Source: Tubulanus polymorphus
Lineage: Eukaryota; Animalia; Nemertea
NCBI RefSeq assembly: GCF_964204645.1
Contig: NC_134035.1
Span: 2,604,001 to 2,668,000 of the forward strand
DNA length: 64,000 nt
Reading direction: 5' to 3'
Shown: positions 37,448-63,365 of the stretch, piece by piece
Numbering within the stretch: position 1 is the first letter of the stretch
Layout of the letters: each line of letters begins with the position of its first letter
The notes under the pieces: generated by a model
The model's database searches: none
Told to the model about the DNA's origin: nothing
What the model saw: the letters and a program-made list of their open reading frames with translations, nothing else
Position numbers and translations under genes: made by a program

Positions 37448-37975
37448 CTTAATCTTGTCTATTCCTCTCTCGACTAATTGGTCAATCAGTCATCCGAATT
37501 TGTTGTGATAAAATCCGTAATATAAGAACGAATTCATGCTTCTTCTTCTGGACACCGAACTTTCTTTTTCACTTCCGCGTTCGCCTGTCAAATGTTACTG
37601 CGACATCTATCGAAAGAAAGGAACACTAAATATTGGGGTAGATAACGGAGGGCTCCGATGTGGACTGTTGAAATGTCCAAGGCACAAAATCGAGCTTAAA
37701 AGGCTTTAAATATAATCAAACAAGTATTGAATTACTAAATCTAGGATTTTATACCCGAGTCAATAGTTTCTTACCAAATTTGATTATGTAAGCCGTAATA
37801 GGTTGCTCCGAAAATGTCAAACTCAAAAAGGCTGTCTTCGTTTTACATCAATCCTTACTCTTAATTATATGAAATATAGAGCAACTAAGTAGAATTCCGA
37901 ATTTAAGCTCATAAACAAAAGAAAGATGTTGATCGATTAATAGGATTCGAACTCGATCAGCAACTCCTATCCAAG
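37448..37975. promoter_or_regulatory. Bidirectional promoter and 5'UTRs between the orphan gene and COMMD9
   Basis: Divergent ATGs 528 bp apart; ETS-like CACTTCCG at ~37570; GCGACATCTATCGA at 37600. Confidence 0.6.
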
Positions 37976-39486
37976 ATGGAGGACGTTGAATTTTCTCACT
38001 TAAATTTCCTACTAAAAGTGAGTTTTTACCATTTGTATACAAAGCAATAAATACTAAGGTTGGCTTCTTTAAAACCCCAGTTTCGGAAGATATCAATAAT
38101 GCTTCATTCTTCCCTGTGACAGGAGCCCCTTTCTCAGGAATTGCGTTATAATCGCGAAAATTATCAATTTTGCGCCGTCTTGTGGGTGTTTTGTGCACTA
38201 ATAATGAAAACTTGTATGGTTACTGCGCCCTATAGCCTTTGGCGTTGTTGGGACTTTAAATATTTCACACAAATTTACCGAGTGGTTCGTTTGGATTAAT
38301 GATCGACGCATTTTGTGAATTTCAGGCGAACTCAAAAGATGTTGTCGTACAGCTGTGTCATGAAGTGTTCAATCATCGTCACGAGAAGAACTTCGTCAAA
38401 CAAGTTATCGTCAAGTGTTCGAATGATTTTGGAGTGTCGCAATTAGAAGCCAAACAGGTAACTCTACTACCCCAGTGTTCTCCACAAGAGATTTTAGAGG
38501 GGTGACTACCCCTTTCATCTTTTAGGCCTACATCCATCCCTCCGAAAATTAGCCACCTCTTATGAATAATATCTGCTGCCTCTACCATACATAGCAGAAA
38601 GGCAGTGAAAATTGCTGTGTCGTCTAAATTTTGTATCTGATAATTTTTCTACAGCTTTTAACATCTCTTCGATCAGTCGTCAAGAGAGCCGTGTTCATCG
38701 GTTCGTCGGAACCTCGCGCGATCCTGGCTATATTTCCGAGTAAGTATTCCCGGGGCGTCGCTGACGAGCTGATGATAGAAAATAAAATTTATCGAATGAT
38801 AATAATTTTGTAAAAGCAAACGATTCTTGTCGTTATCATTTCAGGCGATTTTCACAAGAACCTTCGAGATCTATTGGCGAAGATATTTCTCGAAAATATG
38901 CAGAATTGGCGAAATGCGGCCGTGAACAATTTAGGTAAGAGATCGATAGGATAACTGGTAAAACGTGCTGCAAATTTGGCTTCATTCATTCGGTCAAAGC
39001 CGCTAATAATTGTGCCTGTGCCTTACTTCAAAATTGTCACGCAAAACTGGGCCACAATAGACAGTAAAGTATTAAATGTAAGCGTAAAGGTTGTGAAAAA
39101 TATAAATACATGCATTCTATGGATTCTTTCTTTCAGTTTCGATGCCGAAATTAATCGATTTTGATTGGAGAGTTGATTTGAAGACGTCGACCGACAGTAT
39201 ATCTAGGATGTCCGTACCGACTTGTATACTTCAAATGCAGGTAATGTCCGGTTATTTGTTGCGTGTGGGGGAAGATAGTCGAAATTGTCCACTTCAATTT
39301 CCGAAGTATCGACCGTTTCAATTTCCGAACTCCGTTCGATTTCAGGTTCAAGACGCTCCATCGAAACGAAACGAAGTTCCCGACACGTCGTGTTTAAACG
39401 TCGAACTATCGAAGGAGACGTTGGATACGATGTTGGACGGTTTGAGTAAAATACGCGATCAACTCAGTTCCGTAGCCGGAAAATAG
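37976..39486 (+). CDS. COMMD9: COMM domain-containing protein 9; exons 37976-38017, 38326-38457, 38655-38739, 38845-38934, 39137-39240, 39346-39486; 197 aa
   Basis: MEDVEFSHLNFLLK|ANSKDVVVQLCHEVF...AIFPSDFHKNLRDLLAKIFLENMQNWRNAA...SMPKLIDFDWRVDLKTSTDSISRMSVPTCILQMQ|VQD...VELSKETLDTMLDGLSKIRDQLSSVAGK matches COMMD9 along its length. All introns are GT-AG; total 594 nt. Confidence 0.96.
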
Positions 39487-42400
39487 CCACGACTCGTCAA
39501 AATATAATACTCGTCGACCGTTCTACTGCTGAAACTTTCCCGCCCTTTAATTGTGGAGTAAATTCAACGATTTTTGAAATTTTCACCGCGCGATGCGATG
39601 TACATATATAATGCGATATTTCTATGGATAAAATTTCACGATGTTTGAGGTGTCGCCGACTTTCAAGAGATTTTAACACAAATCAACGATCGAATGGATA
39701 AACGGCAACAGTCGAAGCGGTGAAACGATTAAAATGGTTAGAGTAAAAGTAGTTTACTTATAATGTCACTGTTGGGACCGAGAACATTGTGTTATAACAA
39801 ATTTGTAAGAGTCCTTTATAATTCCACTGTTGTGGCCAATGAAAATATGGCGTTAATTTGACGTTTGGCATATGATATTTCCATTAAATTTGAGTAAGAT
39901 TGGGCAGATTTGATCTCTGAAAAATGTTTGTGTTATCGTGAGCAGTGGTATTAAAAAGGAAAGCTTTAACAAACTTTTACTGTATCTCATGAAGTGAGTA
40001 AGTTTACCATTCATTGCGTGTAAACAACGTTCTTCAATGAATGAAAATTAATAATTGGTGCTAACAAAACTTCTCGATTGATTTGTACATAATGATGATT
40101 GTCCCTAGCTAGCCCATTTTAGGATTGAATTTTAGAATTACAAACTGATTTCGATGTTTGAGTCTAAAGTGAACCCTCAACCGAGTAACTTGCTGCTGGG
40201 GCCGGTTTGTGTAACTTCAACCCTATGGTTTTACTAGAACTGTAACACGGGTTGGTAGATGAATTTACATCGCGGTTAAAGTTCAAACTGGGCATATTTT
40301 AAAAAAACTGTGCTAATATCGCAATTGTTATCATAATAATGTAACTATTACCATTATTATCGTCATTAATGTCAGCATGTTTTCTATGTGATTGTTAAAA
40401 TTATTATAAATCGTAACGATGAATACTCGTAATAAAACGTAAACATTCCTAAAATCATTTCGGTAATAAAACCGTTATTGACTTATGACTTATTTCGGTT
40501 GTTCGAGTTATTTTATCATCGAAATCACCGAGTGGAATTTTATCCCTTTACGAGAAATGAATTATCGTAAGGCAGTAAATGATGCCTTACTAGGAAGGAG
40601 CTCATCCACCCCATATACGAGATAAATCACAGCTGAACGCGGAAATTTAAATGCATAATTCGTATTTCACAGAATGATCAGATTTTCTCATAGATGACAT
40701 CATTGTTAAGCGAGTGACGTCTGCTAATGTTAACATCTGCTGCCAGACGCATGTGATTACATCTGGTGACTCTATTTGTATATTTCAAGCACTGATATTA
40801 ATGTATCTAGCTTGCAATAAGCAAATGAACCATCCGTGGTGCAACTACATTTCCCCTTTTTACAAACAATTATTTGAAATACATACGCATATGCATGAAG
40901 TAGAAATATCATGGTCAATTATCCAATGATGAAGTGAAAGTTTGATATGTATTTCATTTAAGTAGTGCCACAAAAAATGTTTCAACAAACTTGAAATGTA
41001 TATAGCACCAAATAAACTACTGGTATGACCATGTGTATTCCCCAGTCCCCCTGGTTATAACTTACCGTTTGCTGCTTCGAAGTACATTGGTCCTCTACCA
41101 CTTAGACTGATTCTTAGCTTAAGTCTTGCTTTCTGCTTTTACAGACCTTTGCCATGTTGTCGAGACCTTCATCTGCCGAGTGAAGGAATCAATGGGAATA
41201 AGTATCTAGTCGAAAGTGAGATGTTGCTGGTTGGTTTCCTCGATTAGTCTCACACCATGCGCCACTTTCTCCTTGAACTTGCTCCAGCTTACATTTCCAA
41301 GTCTCCCGTGCATGAAGGAGAACATATGTCATGCTTCAGTCCTTTATAATGCCAGTGTTGTTGGTACCAATGAAATACATGGCTTTATATCATATTTTCT
41401 TTGAATTTAAGCAAATTTTCCCCATAAAAACTTCCGGCGTTAAGTGAACACTGCGGAAGAAAGGATGGCAGCATTACGACGGACTTTACGTGTACTGACC
41501 AAGTACTTCCCCAAAAAATCCTTTTTCGTCTCATAATCCTCCGAAAAGAACTTAAACAATTCTAAAAACAATCAATTTCAATGATAAAATTTGTTTTATT
41601 GCATAATACCTGATATGACATCATTATACATTGTACAGGTGAATCATTTAGACAGAAGACTCAACCCAGCTCCTTAAGAAAGCATATCATTCCCCAAATA
41701 ACATCAGATATCTCCCGAAACTCGAAAAAAAAAAAATTCAATAATACGTAACTATATTTTGCACTTAAATGTATCATGGCAAACTCGACAACGTTCAAAC
41801 GTTTGAAATGCAGTGAAAAGGAAAAAATATCAGATCGAATGCAATCGATTTTTAAGTAAACAAAAAAAACCTAGTAACGCGAAAAAAAAATTTACTCTAA
41901 TACAGAAAAAGAACTCTGGAAAAATACATTCATTTCAATGAACACAACAGAATATACAATAATGTTAATAAAGTTGCTTTGAAAGCGATCGCCGCGCTAA
42001 AAACTTCATTCATTCAAAGGAAACATGAAACTAACTGTGGATGGATGGATGGAAACCTAGATCCAGTTCTACGTCCGAGTTAGACTTGACTGTAGTCGAG
42101 TTAGTTTAATTAAAGCCAATGTCATTTATTTCTAACTCGAAATGAGTCAAATGTAACTCGTACTCGTAGAACGGAATCTTACGGATGATTGAACATTTAT
42201 TATGCAATCTGACGGACATACTCGGATTTCACGTACGTATTTGAGAAAATAATTTTTCGCGTCGAAACGAAATACCGTGGAACCGGTCAGTGGAACCTCG
42301 TTAACGACAAACTTCATCAGGGGGACCAGTTGTAAAACCCAACGCACACGACACCGCGAAACATGAGAAACATGTTTTTGAGCATTTCCCTATGTCATGC

Positions 42401-42738
42401 GCGTTCATGGGAAATGAAAAACATGGTTTCTGGACACACACACAATGTTTCAAAGATCAAACGTGATTGATTCCACGTATCTGTGCTTCCCCGCGTCATG
42501 TGCATTGGGCTTAATCGTAATATCAGTTGCAACCGGTATGAAATTAATTCGGTTCACTCAAAATCAGTCACACTCAGCTTGCCTTGGATTTAAGAGACTC
42601 ATTAATTTTCTCTAGAAACAAAGAGAACTTCGGGCAGTCGGACCGAACAGACGGACCGAGCAGACCGAACGACAATGGGTCGTAACTGCATTGGAGTACA
42701 TGAAAATTTGAACACTTTTTTCAGGTGCATACCAATGA

Positions 42739-42901
42739 GGGATCATTCATTTATTACGTACGCATAAAATTTGAATTTTCCAACCCCCCTACCCCCATGT
42801 ACACAAAATCGGCCATTTTTCATATACATTAAGCATTACAGTACGCAATTGCACTGACCCCTCTCCCTCCCCTAATGCGTACGTAATAAATGAATGATCC
42901 C
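42739..42901. mobile_element. PIF/Harbinger-type MITE (163 bp)
   Basis: Perfect 26-bp TIR GGGATCATTCATTTATTACGTACGCA, 3-bp TSD TGA. Confidence 0.88.
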
Positions 42902-43923
42902 TGACTGATAAATCGTCAAATACCCAAGATTGTCGCAAACGATCATTCCACCCTTAGTAATGTCGCACTATATTAGTGAATTCATTTACTATACCCCCTA
43001 AACACCGAACACACACATACACGTGTGTGCTATCAAATGTATATTAATCGTTTCAACGATGAAATGGTTTTAACAATGAAATGTCAGTCTATATTGATTT
43101 AAATCGATATCGACTGCAAATACATGTACATCATTATAGTATAGTATATATTATATATTCAACCCCCATACATGTATATATATATATATACCTGTGTCAA
43201 TAATGTTGTATCTGTTGCCTGAAACAGCTGTGTGGCACCGGCGCCCACAGTAATTCACGACTTCGTTCTAACCATTTCAACGTCGTCGTATTATCAAACT
43301 TCGATATAGATTATTACGATAAGTATTGTCAGAGGCGGTGTGGATCCAGGGGCATGATCTGAGGGTTTTACCAAATAATTCCAGGGCAAATCAATAAGAT
43401 ATCGACATGATTCTGGTAGCGCGTTTTTGACCCATTTTCAAAATTACCAACAAAATTGACGCTTTTTTTTACCGAAATTGCCCTCTTAAAATTTTCCCCG
43501 CAAAATTTAGCCCTTTTTAAAAACGTATTCCCAAAATTTTTCACGACGTTACAGAATTCTCATAACACCGCCTGGATCGACCCGTAGGTTTAAGCAGCAA
43601 TATATATATGAAAATATTTTTCATCTGTTTAAATTTCTCGACGAAATCGCGATTACGAATAACACTCGTATATTGCATAAAGCAGCTTTTTTTAATTGAC
43701 TATCGCAATATATATTTACCGGTATATACAAAATATTCATCTGTTTCACGAGGACAAATGCAAAAATTCTAATCCTATTTGTTAAAATTTGGCATGTTCA
43801 ACTGCCTCCGAGGGGGAGGGGGACGAAGGGGGTGACTGACTCGGACTGTCAGCGTGAAGAGAGCCTTCATCATCAAAAGGAGCCCTAATTATTATTATGT
43901 CAACTGGGTACATCAATGTTATA

Positions 43924-44205
43924 CAGTAAAACCCATTCGATATTGCTCATTACCAGGACTACCTACTAATTTAACATACTTGTATGTACAGTAAAAGTCC
44001 TTTATAACGCCACTGTTGGTACCAATGAAAGACATGGCTTTATAAAGAATGGTATTTCTATTGACTTTCAGTTGGATTGAGCAAATTTGTTCCGGAGAAA
44101 ATGTTGGCGTTTGCGTGAGCAGTGGCATTAAAAAGGATGGCAGAGTTATAACGGACTTTGACTATGGGCCTATATCTAGGCGGATGATAGATGTAGGTTT
44201 GACTG
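43924..44205. mobile_element. Tc1/pogo-type MITE; relatives at ~39750-39985 and ~41335-41390
   Basis: TA-CAGTAAAACC ... GGTTTGACTG-TA ends; shared GTCCTTTATAA...GGTACCAATGAAA core. Confidence 0.55.
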
Positions 44206-44862
44206 TACAGATGGATGTTATAGGCTTTGTTTGCTATCAAAACCTGGCCCCAGTTCTACGGAGAAAGATCTAGAAAGAAACTGAGAACTTTCTTATAATA
44301 TACGTAATCCTAGGACAGGTATTCTCATTTGCGTACAAGAGTTTAACTCATATGTGAAGGAAATTTCCAATGCATCATCTGAATATTTCTATTATAAGAC
44401 AACATAATCGTTATGATGACTATGAACATGTGTATAAAAATACTGAACGCGCGAAGACTAACGACAAGAAATGCAAGATTTGTTTTTCAATAGAAATGGA
44501 CATAATGGAATTGATCTTACACGGATTGAAGCTGGGTTTCACTAGCAAAACCATTTGTCGATATTAAAAGAACAAAAATTCATCAAGAAGGTCATTCACA
44601 AGGCTGCCAACCTGCCAAAAATAATCAACAGTAAGACCCTCGGTAACACCTTTCATATTTCTGTTCAAATTAATCAGTAATCAACAGTAAAACTCCCAGT
44701 GACATCTTTCATATTTCTGTACGCATCAAAAAAATCAAATCAGTATTTTTCATTATTGAATAGTAACAAATACTGAAATTCAGGAACAGTTGGCAGCTCT
44801 GCGATTCATTAGTTAAGATCTCCGGGTAGTGTTATCAAAATCAGACCAAACTTGACTCTACA

Positions 44863-44948
44863 GGACCCAGTTCCACAGTTAAAATCAGTTCATTTTCAAT
44901 GAGTTAACTCAGGGTCAAATTTTAACTCCGAACTGTGGAACTGGACCC
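44863..44948. mobile_element. Small MITE; relative at ~54581-54712
   Basis: GGACCCAGTTCCACAGTT ... AACTGTGGAACTGGACCC. Confidence 0.6.
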
Positions 44949-45406
44949 TCAGTTTACTATGAAAAAATACCTTAAGATTAAGATTTTTTGACACCTTCGT
45001 CGCGCCAGTTCTCAAATTGCATAGTCTAGATTGCGGTGGAAGTGTGCACGAAAACCCAGCTTCATAAGTAGAAATCCTGATACAGTTGAAAACTGTTCCA
45101 ATTTTAGGGAGATACATCGCAGTAATAAGTAGAAGTTACACTAGTTTTGTTCATAGTTAAGTTATTGGACAATTTTGGTCCACTGTTTTAGTACGTTTGG
45201 TGAGTTTGACGTTACAACATAAAATCAGCAGAAGGATTCATATAACTAGGCCCAGTATGTCTAGACCAGAATTTCAAACAAATTTTCAAGCAGTCTGCAC
45301 AGACACACACAAAAGCAGGTGTCGGATTGACGAACTCTGAATTTTCACACGTTTTTGCACCCATACTATTAACTTCGTTTTTACATTTTTCCACAACAAA
45401 ATACTA

Positions 45407-45535
45407 GAGGCCGGTTGCTCAAAAGTTGGTTAGAGTTATCTGGTGTACTTAAACCACGGTAATTATGCAAATTCAATTGTCAGTATGGCGTTTATCCACT
45501 GGTTAGCTGCAACCGACTTTTGAGCAACTGGCCCC
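45407..45535. mobile_element. MITE, same family as 24427-24544
   Basis: GAGGCCGGTTGCTCAAAAGTTGGTT ... AACCGACTTTTGAGCAACTGGCCCC. Confidence 0.75.
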
Positions 45536-46998
45536 AGGATTTTTCACATTTTTTCACCTAATTTAAAAAAAAAATTTGTACGTCAAGGTACAATTACATT
45601 CGAGCAGATAATGATTCCACTGTCCAGATTGAAAACGAAATTTCTCAAACTTTAACACGGCTCGTGGACGTGCAATTTACAAAATGAGGCAGCCGATCGC
45701 GAGAAACAATGTAACGTTTTGTTTTAACTTCATAACATCTGCGCCGATATACAATAGAAATGAAGCAGGTGTCGATTATTTTCAGTGAATTATAACAAGC
45801 TACGAGATTATAACATTTACTAATCTTAAACTCAGTCGTTATAGGCCTAGGATACGGAACAAACATGATGGCCACGAAATTCAATCGAGCAATCAACCAA
45901 CCACTATTGAGTCGGGCCGATATAAACCCGACCCAGCGAACTTTTAGCACCATATCTGAACTTCCTATATCACTACGCATTGAGCAATCGGCCTCTTAAT
46001 CACCGGCGCTGTTCCGTCTCAAAAATACCGGCATGTTCGGTCACAGATGGCAGTAATATTCCTAATCATAACGTATTTGAAACGTAGTTGAAATCCAACC
46101 GGACTACCTGATATCTCTAACCGGACTACCTGATATCTCTGATCGCGGACCAGGCTACCATTATGGTTCCTACAGGACCACAAATTACATGTTTTTCGAG
46201 GGTTTAATCAGCAAATCATACTACAAACTTCGAGTAACTGACCTAATACTTCTAAATACAGTATTTTTCACCGACAATGAAAGTAATTGACTCTGATTTG
46301 AAAAATTGCAGTGATCTGATTCAAAATTCTAATTTCTAACATTTTTAGGACTACATCGAGCTTTTAAACAGGAGTAGAAACTACTCTTAAGCTAGTAGTT
46401 GTAATCAGGCGCGTGAAATGGATGACACAATCGCGCTATCATTATATTTCTTTCATTATGTTTCATATGTCACAAATTTCATCTCCACCAAACGACGCAT
46501 TCAAGCAGCAATACGCGGCGTAAGTTTTTAAAGCAGAAATGGAAATGTTAGATATCGACGACGATGTATTTCCACGCCGAACGACGCATTCTCGACGCGA
46601 GGACGAATTCATCGAAATCAAACGCTCGAAATTCCGCCATTTCTCCGTAGTCCCAATATTCCGCCATCGCGCAAAACGACGGCGCTCACTTTTTAGACTC
46701 GAGTTAACGATACGATAGCACCATGGACGTGGATCGCGTTTTTCTCTCTCTCCCTCTGCGAAAAAGATCGTGCGAAATTTGAAAACAACAGCACGCGCGC
46801 GCGCGCGAACGAACGCACGTTGTTTGATTGGTCCCACGATATCACAAGATATATATATAATTCGCCACAGACCTAACGAATACTGTTATCATTATAAACA
46901 TCGTCCGAGTTCGTTTTTCATTTTTTTTTCACAAAAAAAAAAATAATCAGTTATAATGAGTCTTGATGAGTTTTTTTCTCGTCGGACGGAATTCTTGC

Positions 46999-49052
46999 TC
47001 ATTCTTTCTTGTCCTTCTTTTTCGCGCCGATCGGCACCTTCTCGTAGACGGCGGCGCCGACGTCCGCCGTTTTGCCGGCGACCCACTTAACGCCGCTGAC
47101 GCCGTAGCCGACCGTGCCGGTGACCGCCGACGTCGTCAGACCGACCGCGCCGCTCGTCACGCGCCACAGAATATTGCCCTTCGGCGCCTCGGGTTCTGAA
47201 GTGATGAGAAAAATAATCGACCGTCAGACATAATGATATCATATATAGATATGGTGCTTTCCCCGGTGGCAGTTATATGAACTAATCATTCTGGTTGGCA
47301 TATTGTATTACGGCAGGCTACGTCGTTCTGATTTGGATCGATTTAAACGATCAGTTGTTCAAAAGTTGTTTTTCTCCTAAGATTGAACATTATCATTTTG
47401 TGGATTTAATATAGGACCAGTTGATTCAATGCTGACCATGCGAAATATGATCAAGTATTGGCAAACAATTCCTGTTTAGAAATATTCACCTTGCACTAAA
47501 TGCTTAGACAAATGCATTCAAAATATGATATTTACTTTTTATACAAAATTTGTGTGAATAGTAACTGCCCCCTGATTCAGGGTTTAGAAATGTATTTGTA
47601 CTGGAAATTCCTGATAAAAGCTGATTACAGAATAACAAGGGACACGTAAAAATACTGGAATCTAATCTGTAGATTTTACGATTTAGGCCTAAAAGTAAAC
47701 ATTATAATTCACATGGGAAACCATTTACTAGACAGGAGCGAAGTAAAAGCCTATCTGATAGGTATCAGTGTACAGAATTGATAACCACTTCCAATTATGA
47801 AATTCGATATATACATATAAATAAAGATAGAATAAAAATTCTCATCGATAAAATGGCACCATCTGGGTTCCACATTAGAGTTGAGTAATGAAATACCGCT
47901 ACGACTAAACAGTTGAAACGAAAATGAACTTATTTCTCAACTAACCGAGTTAGCCTTAACTCGAACTCATGAAGTTCTGTGGTCGACATGTTAGAAATCT
48001 AACTAGGCCCCTATAATGTAACAAATTCTGTCATTTTTCCTTATAAAAAGGCTACAGTATATTTAAGAGCAGTTCGAACTGTTTTAGTCCTTCTGGCTTC
48101 AATGACAACTTTTTAAGAATTTCAAGATCTTTTCAATCTTGAGGTCAAACTGTTTGGAATCCAACTAATTTACTACCAAGTTCTCTCATTGGTTGTAACA
48201 ATGACAACTCTTTTTTTAAGAATCACAATTTCAAGATCAAGTTTGGAGTTTCCAATCCAATCTAGAGTCGACAAGCGAAACCCTCTCCTACCTGTTGCAG
48301 CATCGGTCTTTTTGTCAACGGATATTTCAGGAGAATCATTCTCTTTCACCGACGATGGATCCGTCGTGGTAGTGTTTTCATCCTTCTTGTCTGACGCAGG
48401 AGGACTCTGTAATTAATTGAAACAATGCAGTCAACCTACAACTACACTATAGGCCTATACCAGGCTTTAGTTAAGACTAGGAACAACCGGATTTAAGTTT
48501 AGCTAGTATCTGGACTAGCCCTATAGTCTCAGTAACTGGACAGCAATTTAGTCAGTCCCAGTTAACTGCCAACTGGACTAGTTTAGTCAGTAGGCTGCTG
48601 AACAGTCAAGTCAGTAACAGGACGGCAACTCAATCCAAACTGTGGTTTTGTCAGTAAGCGGGCTTAGTCAGTATTCCAACTAATCTAGTCAGTTTAGACT
48701 TGACTACCCGTCTATAGGTATCACCGATCGGACTGCGATTTAACCAGTCCGGACTACAGCGTAGTCAGTATCCGGACTGTGTTTTGGTCAAAAACAGACC
48801 TGCAGTTTTTGTCAGTAAAATAGTTTTAGACAGTATAATCGGCAGTCCCTGAAATGAAAGTGAATTTTGCTTGCGTTGCGACAAAGATCGGCAGGTCTGC
48901 CTTCTTTTAGTAAGTAAAGTTGGGAATGGCACCAATAACTTTCTGTAAGCGAAAATATAGGCCTACCATCTTAAATAAGCTTTATCTGAAATTCATGGAT
49001 AATTAATTACCTTTTGCAGGCAGGATACGACCGATTGGTAAATCCTAGACAT
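46999..49052 (-). CDS. TMEM263: Transmembrane protein 263-like (UPF0444); exons 49052-49011, 48406-48292, 47195-46999; 117 aa
   Basis: Last exon encodes KGNILWRVTSGAVGLTTSAVTGTVGYGVSGVKWVAGKTADVGAAVYEKVPIGAKKKDKKE*, matching the TMEM263 Gly/Val-rich helices and KVP..KKKDK tail. Splice phases 0,1 are consistent. The first exon (MSRIYQSVVSCLQK) is less certain. Confidence 0.88.
48465..48830. repeat. Degenerate minisatellite of AGTCAGTAACTGGACT-like units in TMEM263 intron 1
   Basis: More than ten diverged AGTCAG/GGACT units. Confidence 0.65.
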
Positions 49053-50299
49053 GATGAATTTTTTTGACAAAAAATGGTTCGAGTAGACTTCTCTTCAAAA
49101 ACTTTTCGATTCGACGATAGACCGAGTTAACAGTTCACAATCGTGCCCGATTTTATCGCTGAAGATGTCGTTCCTCAATATTACAAAGCGTCTCGTATCG
49201 CGTCTTACGTCTTTGTATCGAAAAACCGTCGTAAATATCAACTAAATTCTGAGAATTTTCGATTTTACACCATCAACATGCAATACGTGGTTCATAACGT
49301 AAAACACGGGTGCTGATTGGCTGAAACCGTTCATTCGACTCTAGCTGCCATCTATCGACGCTTTGCTGAAATATTCTTCGCCCGATGACTAGTTCGCCAT
49401 CTATCGAAAAAAACATGGGCAATCGCTAGACTGCGGATTTGGAATGTGAAATTCCAACGGACAACTAGGCTCCGAGCCCGGAGTTAGCTCAGTTAACTTG
49501 GAACTGGAATCGGACATCCAAATCTTTTCTCTCTCGCTTTTGCATTCTCAGACTTCCTAGCCTGGGACCCCGTTGTCCAAAGTCACGTGTGACAGTCAGT
49601 TTGGCGAGGAATTCAAAATGGGACACTCAAACGCATTCGGGACGCGCGGCGGCCCGACGGCGCCGAGCCGTGCTCTTTAGTAACCTTTTTGTTTCGGGAG
49701 ATTCTGTCCAGAATTCTTGTGATGAGAGGTAGTAGCTGCGGCCGGGAACTCTCCGTCGTTTGGTCTAAGAACAGGGGAGCGGCGGCCAGGGAAATCGGGG
49801 GGGGGGGGGGTGGCTGAACCCACTAGATCGGCGAAGGGCCCGGAGAGGCTCCAGCTACTCCCAAAACTATCAACCCTAAAATCAGGCGTGGATTCCAATT
49901 ATGATGTCGAATTACTCTTATTTTTGGAAGAAAACTAGGAGATATCAAGTAAAGGACTGGTCCACGTTTTTAATATTCGCGCGAGGAAATGCTTCACGAT
50001 AAATCCAATAGAGGAGCGACACAACCACCACCATTGAACGGAGTTTCGCCGCCTCTGACAATAAACGCGACTGTGAGCACTCTGTATATGTACGCGCAGC
50101 GATCGCTCATTGAAACTACAATGCGACCTAAAATACCATTCGCCACAATCAGGCGTATTGTCGTCGTTCTATGAGGAATAATGCATTCGTTGATACTGTC
50201 AATACCGAGAATGTGGATTAATCACCGTTTCGATCGCTGACGTAAAATACAAATTTTCCAGGTGATCGCCGTGTCCTGCCAGTACTGTCTACCACTCGG

Positions 50300-63365
<13,066 letters not shown>

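Noticed and set aside
49500-49900. RNase P, RNase MRP, 7SK or 7SL identity for the GC-rich island
   Set aside because: Only isolated short matches (GGAAGTCTGAGA, GAGAGTTCCCGG, CCAGCTACTC) without partner motifs in the right order.
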